Below are positions 29,625-39,333 of a stretch of 64,000 nucleotides of DNA, piece by piece (position 1 is the first letter of the stretch; every line of letters begins with the position of its first letter). The notes under the pieces are model-generated. The model had not been told where the DNA came from. It was given only the letters and a program-made list of their open reading frames with translations, and ran no database searches. This DNA is from an uncultured Chloroflexia bacterium. Its GTDB lineage: Bacteria > Chloroflexota > Limnocylindria > Limnocylindrales > CSP1-4. The DNA lies in assembly GCA_963776925.1 (NCBI GenBank), contig CAVZON010000002.1:66130-130129 (forward strand), in the 5' to 3' direction. The translations under genes and the position numbers were made by a program.

Positions 29625-30340
29625 GGATCGGTCGGCGTGGCGACCAGCCGATAGCCGATGCCGCGCACCGTCTGGACGTGGGCCGGCTTGTTCGGGTCGA
29701 CCTCCACCTTCTGGCGCAGGCGACGCATCGTGACCCACACGTACGACGGATCGGCGTCCTCGGTCTCGGCCCAGCCGCGGGCGAGGAGCGTCTCGGTCGA
29801 CACCGTCTGGCCAAGGTTGGCGGCGAGGGCGTAGAGCAGGCGCGACTCGGTCGGCGTGAGCTGGACGATCTGGCCACCGACCGTCGCCTCCCGCCGGTGC
29901 AGGTCGAGGATGAGGTCCGGGCCGAGGATCAGGCTCTGGCGCGGCACCTTGTCGCCGAGCCGCTTGAGGACCCGGTTGATGCGCGCCCGCAGCTCCGGGT
30001 AGTGGTACGGCTTGGTGACGTAGTCCTCGGCGACCTCTTCGAGCAGGTCGGCCTTCGAGTCGCCGGCGTCGATGGCGGACAGGACGATGATCGGCAGGTC
30101 GGCCTGGGCCTTGATCTCGCGGGCCAGGGTGAGGCCGTCCATGCGCGGCATCATCATGTCGATGATGAGCAGGTCCGGCCACGAGGTGCGCAGCCGCTTG
30201 AGGGCCTCGTCGCCGTCGCGGGCGGTCGCGATCTCGTAGCCATCCGCCCGGAGCTGGTCAGCCAGCAGGACGAGCAGGTTCGGGTCGTCGTCGACGATGA
30301 GGATCCGCGGGACGACGCCGCCGGACGGGCCGCTGAGCAT
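29621..30340 (-). CDS. OmpR-family response regulator.
   Basis: From ATG 30340: RILIVDDDPNLLVLLADQL..PDLLIIDMMMPRMDG..VTKPY.., and a winged helix (LTPTESRLLYALAAN..VWVTMRRLRQKVE..VRGIGYRL). Confidence 0.9.
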   Translation of the reverse strand: MLSGPSGGVVPRILIVDDDPNLLVLLADQLRADGYEIATARDGDEALKRLRTSWPDLLIIDMMMPRMDGLTLAREIKAQADLPIIVLSAIDAGDSKADLLEEVAEDYVTKPYHYPELRARINRVLKRLGDKVPRQSLILGPDLILDLHRREATVGGQIVQLTPTESRLLYALAANLGQTVSTETLLARGWAETEDADPSYVWVTMRRLRQKVEVDPNKPAHVQTVRGIGYRLVATPTDP

Positions 30341-30647
30341 GCCCGCCAGTATGGCGCCCGCGCGTGCGCGCCCGGCGGTCGCCGTCGGTGCGCGACGGCA
30401 CCGTAAATCGCACTCGTGTGCGGTCTGGTAGCCCAAATGGGGGATGAATCCGACGCACCGGGGAGTACCGTTGGCGACCTTCCGGCGCCCAGTCGGGGAA
30501 GGCAACCGAAGACAGTCCCGCCCCGGTCGGGCGAGGCGATCATCGGTCGAGGGCGCGCGCATCCAGCACTGATCGTCTTCTACCTACGCCCTCATCCGCA
30601 TCGTCTCCTCGTCGGCTCATGGGCGGGCATGCACAAGGGGTAGGCGA

Positions 30648-32580
30648 ATGATCGCGAGACGATTCGTTCGGGCACTGGTGGTCGCGATGGCTGCCGCGCT
30701 GCTCACATCGACGGTGGCGTTTGCCGACAATCTGCAGTCGGACCTCAACACGACGACGGGCGGACTCGACAAGACGGTCGAGCGGGGAACGCTGTCGCCA
30801 GGCACCGCCTACACACAGAGCGTGTTCCTCTTTGTCGACGAGACACCGGGGGCGACGAACAACCCGACGTATCCCTTCTCGGTCACCGGCAGCGGGAACC
30901 TCGGCGCGACGTTCGGGGGCGTGACGATCAGTGGCCCCGGAACCGCGAACGGGCAGACGGGCACGGTCAGTTGGACGACGCCCGCGGCTGGGGCCACCGC
31001 CCAGAACTACGAGATCGCCGTCACGCTTCGACGCGAACACGACGATCAACGAGAGCCCAGCATCGATCACGATCAAATTCACCATCGCGGGCGTCCCCAC
31101 CGACTCGGATGGCGACGGCGTCCCCAACGCTTCGGACAACTGCCCGACCGTGGCTAATGCCGGTCAGGCGGATCTCGACGGTGACGGCGCCGGTGATGCC
31201 TGCGACGCCGACGATGACGGCGACGGTGTCGCCGACACGTCCGACAACTGCCCGACCGTCGCGAATGCGAACCAGGCGGACCTTGACGGCGACGGCGCGG
31301 GTGATGCCTGCGACGCCGACGATGACGGCGACGGTGTCGCCGACGGCGCGGACAACTGCCCGACCGTCGCCAATGCCGATCAGGCGGACCACGACGGTGA
31401 CGGCACGGGTGATGCCTGCGACGCCGACGATGACGGCGACGGTGTCGCCGACACCTCCGACAACTGCCCGACCATCGCCAACGCCGACCAGGCCGACAAC
31501 GACGGCGATGGCGCCGGTGACGTCTGCGATCCGGATGACGACAACGATGGCGTCGCCGACACCTCCGACAACTGCCCGACGGTGGCCAACCCAGACCAGG
31601 CGAACGCCGACGGCGACGCTCTGGGGAATGCTTGCGATCCCAATAGCTACCCGGCCGAACTCGATACTGCGGCGGCGGACGCCAACGGGACCGAAGGGGA
31701 CACCCTGACGGCCAGTGGCGCGTTCACCGATCTGGACGGAAACGACAGCCTTGACCTCACGTCGGACGCCACGGAAGGCACCTTCACCGACAACGGTGAT
31801 GGCACCTGGAGCTGGAGCCTGCCGACGACGGATGACGTCACCGGCGGCACGATCACCGTCACGGCCAGCGATGGCGAGCACGCCAACGCCACCGATTCGT
31901 TCGACTACTCCGCAGCAAACGCCGACCCGGTGCTCAGCGCCCTCGCTGCTCACGGGTGCGACGGCAACGGCATGCCTGACCGGGAACACGGTCGGGCTCA
32001 GCTTCAGCTGGACAGATGTCGGAGCCGACACCTTCACCGGGACGATCGACTGGGGTGACGGCTCGACGGACACGGCGTTCACCGCCTCGCCGGTGGCTAC
32101 CAGCCATGCCTACGCCACCGCGGGGAACTACACGATCAGCGTCACGGTCACCGATGACGATGGGGGCTCCGCCTCGGCTACCGCCAACGTCTCGCTGACG
32201 TGGAATGACAGCGGCATCCTGCAACCCATCAACGCAGCGGGCACGCCGAGCGTCTTCAAGCTCGGAAGCACCGATCCCGGTGAAGATCAGGATCACGGAC
32301 TGCAACGGCGTCGTCGTGAGCTCGCTCGCGCCGACGATCGAACTCCGCCGGGTGGACCCGACACCCGCCTCTGAGGTCACCGAGGCTCCTCCGGCGGCCT
32401 CGTCAGACGCCGGCAACACGATGCGTTGGTCCGCCGACGGCCAGCAGTACATCTTCAATCTGTCGACCAAGCGCAGTCAGTTCAATGCGGGCGGCGACCT
32501 CACGCAAGGAACCTACATGTTGAAGATCTGGGTCGGCTCCCAACTCCAGGAGACCTGTCAACTTCGACATCAAGAAGTAG
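30648..32580 (+). pseudogene. Secreted protein with thrombospondin type-3 (Ca-binding) repeats, a PKD-like domain and a C-terminal PxKF-like domain. It has at least 4 frameshifts (~31020, ~31940, ~32275, ~32553).
   Basis: It has a signal peptide (MIARRFVRALVVAMAAALLTSTVAFA) and about 5 repeats [37 protein letters not shown]. It also has [41 protein letters not shown] and ..GSTIPVKIRITDCNG..GTYMLKIWVG..VNFDIKK*. Confidence 0.75.
31102..31645 (+). repeat. 108-bp tandem repeat, about 5 copies, encoding the TSP3 repeats.
   Basis: The gacaactgcccgaccgt motif recurs at 31135, 31243, 31351 and onward, with an exact 108-nt period. Confidence 0.8.
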
Positions 32581-32669
32581 CGGTCGCTCCAGAGCGCTCG
32601 ATCTCCAAGCGCATGGGTGCCTCGTCCGCTCGTCGGGCGGGGCACCCGCCATGTCCGGCCTCGCAGGGC

Positions 32670-33554
32670 CTAGGGCGCCTTCGGGTCGACGAAGCGGCAG
32701 CGCGTCCGGAGCGGGCACGCCTCGTGGTCCGGGCGCTGGGCGTGGCAGACCTTGCGGCCGTGCTGGATGAGGTTGACGTGGGCCTCGTACAGGTCGTCAG
32801 GCTCGAAGAGTCCCAACACGAGGTCGTGGCCCTGGTCGAGGGTCGCCTTGGGCGGGAGCAGCCCGACCCGGCGCATGACCCGCTCGACGTGGCGGTCGAT
32901 CGGCAGGAGTGGCTGCCCGAACGAGAACAGGAGCAGCACCGAGGCGGTCTTCTTGCCGATCCCGTCGAACTGGTCGAGCCAGTCACGCGCCTCGATGGCG
33001 GGCATGTCGCCGAGGAACTCGAGCGAGTAGTCGCCGCGCTCCTCGCGGATCCGGCGAAGGGTCGATTGCAGGCGTGGTGCCTTCTGGTTCGGCAGCCCGC
33101 CCGGCCGGATGACGTCGGTCAGCTCGGCCAGTGGCGCGAACTCGACGGCCGCCCAGTCCGGCGCGACCCCGTCCGGCAGCCCGTCTCCACCCCAACCGGC
33201 GCCGGGGTGGTGGGCCTGCGCCTCGCCGACGCCCGGATAGGCCTGCCGCAGCGCCTCGAACGCGACCTCGGCGTTCGTGTCGGCGGTGCTCTGCGTGAGG
33301 ATCGTGAGGATCAACTCGCTCGTGGGGTCGAGCCGGCGCTCCCACTGCGGGTGGCCGTAGCGGTCGGCGAGCGCGTCCAGGGTGAACCGCGGCGAGCCCC
33401 GGTCGATAGCGCTCGAGACGCTTCGCGTAGCTCGACGCCGGGATCGCGAGAACTTGCGCTTCTTCGGCCGCTTGCGTTTCGGCTTGGGCTTGGCGCCGGC
33501 CGACGGCGCGACGATCACGACCTCGATCAGCCCGACGTCTTCGATCTCACCCAT
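32670..33554 (-). CDS. nth: Endonuclease III-like HhH-GPD DNA glycosylase with a basic N-terminal tail.
   Basis: HhH-GPD motifs are present (LILTILTQSTADTN.., FDGIGKKTASVLLLF, LPIDRHVERV), with the 4Fe-4S loop CHAQRPDHEACPLRTRC. The N-terminus carries KPKPKRKRPKKRK. Confidence 0.85.
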   Translation of the reverse strand: MGEIEDVGLIEVVIVAPSAGAKPKPKRKRPKKRKFSRSRRRATRSVSSAIDRGSPRFTLDALADRYGHPQWERRLDPTSELILTILTQSTADTNAEVAFEALRQAYPGVGEAQAHHPGAGWGGDGLPDGVAPDWAAVEFAPLAELTDVIRPGGLPNQKAPRLQSTLRRIREERGDYSLEFLGDMPAIEARDWLDQFDGIGKKTASVLLLFSFGQPLLPIDRHVERVMRRVGLLPPKATLDQGHDLVLGLFEPDDLYEAHVNLIQHGRKVCHAQRPDHEACPLRTRCRFVDPKAP

Positions 33555-34636
33555 CAGGCGAGTGATACCAGACGCGCCAGCCGTTCACCACACCGTTCGA
33601 GCGGTTCGGTGCCGGCGGCCATCGCCGCCTCGACGGTCCCGGGGCGTTCGGCGACCGGCACGGCGATGGCACCCACGGCTGCGAGCGCGTCGATCCCGTC
33701 GACCTCGACACCGCCACCGACCGCGATGCACGGCACCTCGGCCGCCTGTGCGGCGCGCGCGACGCCGAGCGCCGTCTTGCCGAACCCGGTCTGCGCGTCG
33801 ATGCGTCCCTCGCCGGTGATGACGAGGTCCGAGCGCGCCAGCCGGGCAGGGAAGTCGGTCGCCTCGATGACGAGGTCCACACCCGGTCGCAGGGCGAAGG
33901 CGGCGAACCGGTCCTGGCTGGCGAGCAGCGCGAACCCGACCCCGCCCGCCGCCCCGGCGCCCGCCGAGTCGCGCTCGCGACGTCCCGTTCGGGCCTCCAG
34001 CTCGTCGGCCCACGCGGCGTTCCGCGCGTCGAGCGTGGCGACGTCGTCGGGCGTCGCGCCCTTCTGCGGGCCGTAGACGGCCGCCGCCCCGTCCGACCCG
34101 AGCAGCGGGTTGCTGACGTCGCACGCGACCTCGAGCTCGACGCCGCCGAGGTCCAGGTCGTCGCCGAGCCCGTCGAGCAGGCCACGCCCGCCGTCGGTGG
34201 TGGCGGTGCCGCCGATGCCGAGGGTGATGTGCCGGACCCCGTCGGCGACGACGGCGCGCAGCAGCTCCCCGGTGCCGTGGGTCGTGGCACCGATCGGGTC
34301 ACGCTCCGCCGGTGTGAGCCGTGACAGCCCGGACGCCTGGGCCATCTCGACGAACGCCCGCCGGCCATCGGCCGAGCGCAGCCACCGCGCCTCGACCGGT
34401 CGCCCGATCGGATCGCGGACCTCGGTCGTCCGGACCGTCCAGCCGCCGGCCGCCTCGATCGCCGCGAGCGTGCCCTCGCCACCGTCCGCGAGCGGGCACA
34501 GCAGCAGCTCGTCGTCGGGCCTCGCCCGCCGCCAGCCGTCGGCGATGGCGGTCGCGACCTGCACCGAGGTCAGCGAGCCCTTGAACGAATCGGGCGCGAT
34601 GCACACGGTCCGCCGGCCCGACCCGCGGGCCGCCAT
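33554..34636 (-). CDS. glxK: Glycerate kinase.
   Basis: From ATG 34636: VCIAPDSFKGSLTSVQVATAI..CPLADGGEGTL..GIGGTATTDGGRGLL..VACDVSNPLLG..GAAGGVGFAL..VITGEGRIDAQTGFGKT. Confidence 0.85.
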   Translation of the reverse strand: MAARGSGRRTVCIAPDSFKGSLTSVQVATAIADGWRRARPDDELLLCPLADGGEGTLAAIEAAGGWTVRTTEVRDPIGRPVEARWLRSADGRRAFVEMAQASGLSRLTPAERDPIGATTHGTGELLRAVVADGVRHITLGIGGTATTDGGRGLLDGLGDDLDLGGVELEVACDVSNPLLGSDGAAAVYGPQKGATPDDVATLDARNAAWADELEARTGRRERDSAGAGAAGGVGFALLASQDRFAAFALRPGVDLVIEATDFPARLARSDLVITGEGRIDAQTGFGKTALGVARAAQAAEVPCIAVGGGVEVDGIDALAAVGAIAVPVAERPGTVEAAMAAGTEPLERCGERLARLVSLA

Positions 34637-35165
34637 CAGCGCAGGTCCTTCCAGAAGAACGTCGCAGGCCCGGGCGTCCCGTCGGGCAGCAACGCGTAGT
34701 CCGGGCACGGTGCCCGTCACCTGCCAGCCCATCGAGCGATACAGCGCGTCGGCCGGCGAGTCGGTGACCGTGTCGAGGACGAGCATCCAGCGTCCCTCGG
34801 CGCGGGCCTGGTCCTCCGCGGCCTGCATCAAGGCGCTGCCCAGGCCCTGCCGCCGACACGAGCTGTGGACGATGACCTTGCCGATCTCCGCGCGATGCGG
34901 CGAGTTCTGGTTGGTCGAGCGCATCAGCAGCGTGCAGCCGACGATCGGCTGGTCCGACGCGGTGTCGTCGCGGGCCACGAACAGGGTCGTCGCGCCGTTC
35001 GCCACCTCGTCGCGCCGGGCCACCCACCAGCCGCGCTGCCTGGTCCTCGGTCACCCCGGACAGGAAGTTGATCGATGCGCCATGGTCGACCGCATCGACG
35101 ACGAGCTCCGCCAGCCGCGGGATCGCCGCCTCGTAGTCCGCCGGGTCGAGGGCCGCCACGATCAT
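34636..35165 (-). pseudogene. GNAT-family N-acetyltransferase with two frameshifts. As written, one of them fuses it to the glxK ORF.
   Basis: MIVAALDPADYEAAIPRLAELVVDAVDHGASINFL is in ORF 34299..35786, and ..AEIGKVIVHSSCRRQGLGSALMQAAEDQARAEGRWMLVLDT..YRSMGWQ is in ORF 33554..35023. Dropping one base at cccggactacg restores GYALLPDGTPGPATFFWKDLR* with a TGATG junction. Confidence 0.7.
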
Positions 35166-36160
35166 CCGTCGACGGTGGCGGTGGCACCTCGTCGGCGCTC
35201 GAGGTACTCCGGGATGCGGATCATCGGCGGCCGCTCCTGGTCGGCCAGCTCGATGACCTCCAGCGACAGCCGGCCCTTGCCCGAGCGCGGCAGCTTCATC
35301 GTCGAGCCGAGCTCCGCGAACAGGCGGGCCTTGCGGCGCTCCTCGAGGCGCTTCATGACCGCGTGCAGGATGACGAACGACATCCGCGACAGGCCTTCGA
35401 GCTCCTGGTTGCGATGGACCCGTCGCTCCAGGTCGACCTGGCCGAGCCCCTCGATGCCGACCCGCTCGGCGGCGTCGATGAGGTGGCCGATCTCGACCGC
35501 GTAGCCGGTGAAGAACGGGATCGACTCGAGCAGCGTCCGGCGCCCGGCGTACTCGCCGGCGAGGGGCTGGATGAGCCCGGACAGCTCCGGGTAGAACAGG
35601 TTGATGAGCGGTCGCGCGACGAGCTCCGTGACCCGGCCGCCGCCGCCTTCCTTGAGCTGCCCGGCCTCGACGATCGGCCGCTGGTAGTAGCCCTTGACGT
35701 ACTGCAGCCGCGGCTCGTGGAGGAGCGGTCCGAGGGTCCCGTAGACCATCCGGTGGTGCCAGTGCTTCACGTCGGTGTCGGCCCACACGACGATGTCGCC
35801 GGTCGTCTCGAACAGCGACTTCCAGAGCGCCTCGCCCTTGCCCTTGAACGAGCCATAGCGCGTCAGCACGTCGGGGTGCTGGACGACGCGCGCGCCTTCC
35901 GCCTCGGCGATCTCGCGGGTCCGGTCGGACGACGCGGAGTCGATGACGAGGACCTCGTCGAGGAGCGGCACGCGGCCGACCATCTCGCGCATCGCGCGCC
36001 GGACGATCGGCCCGATCGTCTCCTCCTCGTCGAGCGTCGGCAGGACGAGGCTGACCGTGACGCCCTGCTTCTCCTTGAGCTGGACGAGCCGGCGCAGGTC
36101 GCCGAACTCGGCGTGATGGAAGTTCGACTCGCCGAACCAGCGCTCGACCCGGGCCGGCAC
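35162..36160 (-). CDS. gpgS: Glucosyl-3-phosphoglycerate synthase (GT81).
   Basis: From GTG 36160 with a GAGGAGG SD 8 nt upstream: VSLVLPTLDEEETIG..VIDSASSDRT..KGKGEALW..WADTDV..GGGRVTELVARPLINLFYPELSGLIQPLAGEYA..GYAVEIGHLID..VHRNQ, closely matching the known mycobacterial GpgS pattern. The ORF is also open upstream into the USP region. Confidence 0.8.
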   Translation of the reverse strand: MPARVERWFGESNFHHAEFGDLRRLVQLKEKQGVTVSLVLPTLDEEETIGPIVRRAMREMVGRVPLLDEVLVIDSASSDRTREIAEAEGARVVQHPDVLTRYGSFKGKGEALWKSLFETTGDIVVWADTDVKHWHHRMVYGTLGPLLHEPRLQYVKGYYQRPIVEAGQLKEGGGGRVTELVARPLINLFYPELSGLIQPLAGEYAGRRTLLESIPFFTGYAVEIGHLIDAAERVGIEGLGQVDLERRVHRNQELEGLSRMSFVILHAVMKRLEERRKARLFAELGSTMKLPRSGKGRLSLEVIELADQERPPMIRIPEYLERRRGATATVDG

Positions 36161-37092
36161 GGCGCGCGCCTCCTCGGCGGCGCGGTCGGCGGCGGCCAGC
36201 GTCTCGGCCCGCGACGCGAGGGCCTCGAAGGTCGGGCGGCCGATGGCCTCGCGGGTCTTGACCACGACGACGCTCGAGCGTGAGCGGGCCGCGATGGCCT
36301 CCGGCAGGGCCCCGAACAGATAGCTGTCGGCGCCCTCGCCGCCGGGCGACGCGGACGCGCCCATGACCACGAGGTCGGCCTGCTCGGCCTCGCGCAGGAT
36401 GGCGTTGCGGACGTTCGGCGCCTCGCGGAGGAGGCCCTCGCCGTGGCCCTTGAGGTGCTGCTTGACGAACGTCGCCAGGGCCCGTTCCGCCTGGGCCCGG
36501 ACCGCCATCGTGATGCCCGGGGGGACGAGGTGGAGGACGACGACCGTCGCGCCGTGGTGGGTCGCGATGGCGTCGGCGAAGCGCATCGCCAGCTCGGCAT
36601 GCGGGCCGCCGCGGACGGGACGAGGACGCGCTTGATCTCGCGGGCGCCGCGCTGCTTGACGACGGCGATGTCGGCCGGCGACTCGCGGACGACCTCGTCG
36701 ATGGTCGGCGAGAAGACGGTGGGGCCGGTACGTCCGTCGCTGCCGGCCGGCGCCTTGCCGCCCCAGCCGAAGATGATGAGGTCGGCCTCCTGCTCGGCGG
36801 ACGCCTCGATGATGCCCTCGGCGGCGTGGCGGCCGATGCGCACGATGGGATGGATCGTCGTGCCCTCGGGGGCGTAGTCGAGGACCTTCTGGAGCAGGCG
36901 CCGGGCGTGCCGCGCGCGGGTCGCGCCCTCGGACAGGGGCATCCCTTCGGGCACCTCGACGATGCCCAGGGCGGACAGCTCGCCGGCCCGCGGGTCCATC
37001 ATCGCCGCGCCCAGCCGGATCAGCTCCTCGGCGGTGCCCGGGTTCGCGACCGGGATGAGGATCCTGGCCGGCAGCGGCGAGCGGGGGCTCAC
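36161..37092 (-). pseudogene. Tandem universal-stress-protein (UspA x2) module. It has one frameshift (~36630) and no stop before gpgS.
   Basis: GTG 37092 overlaps the upstream stop (GTGA). USP-1 (ARILIPVANPGTAEEL..ADLIIFGWGG..ADIAVVKQRG) is in ORF 35863..37092. USP-2 (ATVVVLHLV..ADLVVMGASAS..SSVVVVKT) is in the 35162..38686 frame and runs straight into GpgS. Confidence 0.65.
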
Positions 37093-38476
37093 GCGCGGGT
37101 CTCCGCCGCGTTCCAGCGCTCGACGAGGTACGGCTTGAGCAGCTCGAACTCGCGGGCCTGGCGCTCGACCCGGTCCTCCGCCTGCTCGGTCGTGATGTGG
37201 CGGTTCTCGATGACGAACGAGCCGACCCGACCGAAGTAGATCGGGACGAGCGACGCGACCAGCGTCTCGAGCGGGGCCGGCGGGTCCGCGCGGTCACCAC
37301 GAGGTCGTAGATGACGCGAGCCCAGAGGTCGTCCGGGAAGTGGAACGTGCTGACCGCCTCGGCCATCTCCAGGGTGGTCACCGAGGTCGACGCGACATCA
37401 CCGCCGATGCCGAGCTTGGCACGGGCCTGGTCGCCCAGCCGGCCAGCCTCGGCCGCGAGCTCGAGGACCGTCTCGACCGTCGCCGGGGCGAGCATCGAGC
37501 GCCACGTCTCGGCCAGCGTCAATGAGCCGGCGTGGAACTCCGACAGCAGGCGCAGCGTGTTCACCTCGAGCGGCGGCGGGTCGATGATCCGCTCGAAGCC
37601 GTAGGCCGGGACGTCGTGGCTGCCGCGGATCGGCAGCCAGTGATCGGCGTAGCGCTCGGCCAGGCGCAGGATCGTGCCGACGACCTGGCGGAACATCGGT
37701 CCGAGGTCGGCGCCCGGGTCCTTGGGGTCGTGGATCTTGGCCCCGAGCCGGGTCTGGCAGACCGCGAAGCCGCCGGCCAGCGCCGAGGTCGTCATCCAGA
37801 TGTCGATGCCGAAGCGGCTGATGTCGTCGGTCCAGTCGTCGAGCGTCAGGTAGTGCCGGACCAGGTCGCCGCTGACCCCGAAGTCGCCGCCGATCGGCTG
37901 GCGGATCCGGTGGCCGTAGAGCGCGCGGGTCAGCGGGTAGGTGACGGTGTTGGTGATCGTGCCGTCGTACTTGTAGCGCGCGTAGAGCGGCGCGACGAAG
38001 TCGTAGCCACCCTTGAGGATCGGGCCGGCAAGGAGCTCGATCCATTCGGGCACGATCGAGCGCAGGTCGGAGTCGACGACGACGAGCGCCTGGACGTCGA
38101 GGGCCGCGGCGATCTCGAAGATCGTCCGCAGCGCCGCGCCCTTGCCGCCGACCCCGTCGATCTCGGGGTAGGTCAGGCTGACCCGCTCGAGCTTGTGGTT
38201 GGGCCGGACGAGCAGGATCTGCTCGACGTAGTCCGGCGGCTCGGTCTCGACGACGACACGACCGGTGCCGTCGGGCGATCCGGCGTCGCTGTTGACGACG
38301 ACCGGATGGAGATCGGGGAAGTACTGGACCAGGCCGGCCTGGGCGGCCCGGACGACATAGCCGATCGTCGCGGCATTCTTGAAGCTCGGGATGCCGACCA
38401 TGATGTCGGCGGTGCCGAGTGCGGCGATCTGGTCGCGGATCGCCGGCGAGAGGGCGGTGGGCATCGAGCCCAGCAT
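37089..38476 (-). pseudogene. GT-A fold glycosyltransferase resembling the mannosylglycerate/glucosylglycerate-synthase type, with one frameshift near 37260. Its specificity is unknown.
   Basis: Reads IMVGIPSFKNAATIGYVV..GGKGAALRTIF..VVVDSDLRSIVPEWIELL..YDFVAPLYARYKYDGTITN..RQPIGGDFG... The true C-terminus (PLETLVASLVPIYFGRVGSF..LLKPYLVERWNAAETRA*) is in another frame. Confidence 0.55.
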
Positions 38477-38568
38477 AGCGAGGTTGACCCGCCCCCGGCC
38501 TTGCAACGCGCCGCGCGGCATGCGCGTCGCTGCGCACGCAGGCGCGACCGGCCGACGGCGCCTCGTGC

Positions 38569-39292
38569 TCAGCGCGCGCGGGCATCGCGCACGTCGATCG
38601 GCCCAATCGACCGCGCGGTGGCGCCCGACTGGTAGCGCGAGTTGGCCTCCTTGAACGTGATCGACGTGAACCCCTGGGCCCGCCACGAACCGATCCAGGT
38701 CGCGAGCGGCGGTCGGACGGAGATGCCGGGGCGGACCAGCTCATCGCCGGGGAACAGCGAATCGAGGAGTCGGAGCCGCTCCATGAGCGGCACGTCGAGG
38801 AGCGACTGGCCGTCGAGCCAGAGCAGATCGGTGACGACGAGGTTGACCGGGTCGTCTCGCGCGAACGTCCGAGCCGCCACCTCCGCCTCGCGCGCCTCCG
38901 CCGCCTCGTCCGCCCGGTTGCGTCGGACGCCGACCATCGACTGCGCGATGAGCTTGCCGGTCGATGGCAGCGCATCCGTCCCCGTATAGACGCCGCCGTC
39001 GTCGTCGGCGACCTGCTTGGTCAGGATAGCCATCGACGACCGCGCTCGCGGCCGACGCCTCGAGCTGATGGGCGAGGTGCCAGCAGATGCGCTCCTGGCC
39101 CTCCAACGCCACGCCGTCGGCGAAGAGTGCGACCTCGTCACCGTCGACGCCGGCGATGAGCCGTTGTCCGGGCCAGCCGGGCTCGACCACGGGCTCGCGG
39201 ATGCGGTCAGGCGAGGTGCGCCCGAAGACCTGGGGTCGAAGCTCGCTCGCGACCCGGGCTGCCGCTCGGTCGGGTGCGGAGGACGCGTCCAT
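38569..39292 (-). pseudogene. ATP-dependent DNA-ligase-like adenylation-domain relic, frameshifted near 39030 and with the motif I lysine absent.
   Basis: EPGWPGQRLIAGVDGDEVALF stands in place of EPKWDGxR. LVVTDLLWLDGQSLLDVPLMERLRLL and ITFKEANSRYQSG correspond to motifs IIIa-V. Confidence 0.4.
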
Positions 39293-39333
39293 GGCACGGC
39301 ATCGTACGCGGCGCAGGGCCGTATCATCGCGTC

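Noticed and set aside
31102-31645. A regular 108-bp repeat array, considered as a possible CRISPR or non-coding satellite.
   Set aside because: The repeats are contiguous with no unique spacers. They translate in frame into thrombospondin type-3 Ca-binding repeats. No cas genes are present.
32205-34076. A 623-aa plus-strand ORF.
   Set aside because: Only the first ~115 codons are real (the C-terminal PxKF-like domain of the TSP3 protein). The rest is antisense to nth and glxK.
35162-38686. A 1174-aa minus-strand ORF, considered as one giant multidomain protein.
   Set aside because: It is a composite. The GT-A gene really ends at a TGA in another frame (37089). USP-1 is in a third frame. The central ~300 codons are Arg/Pro junk. 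Only the USP-2 and GpgS part is genuinely continuous.
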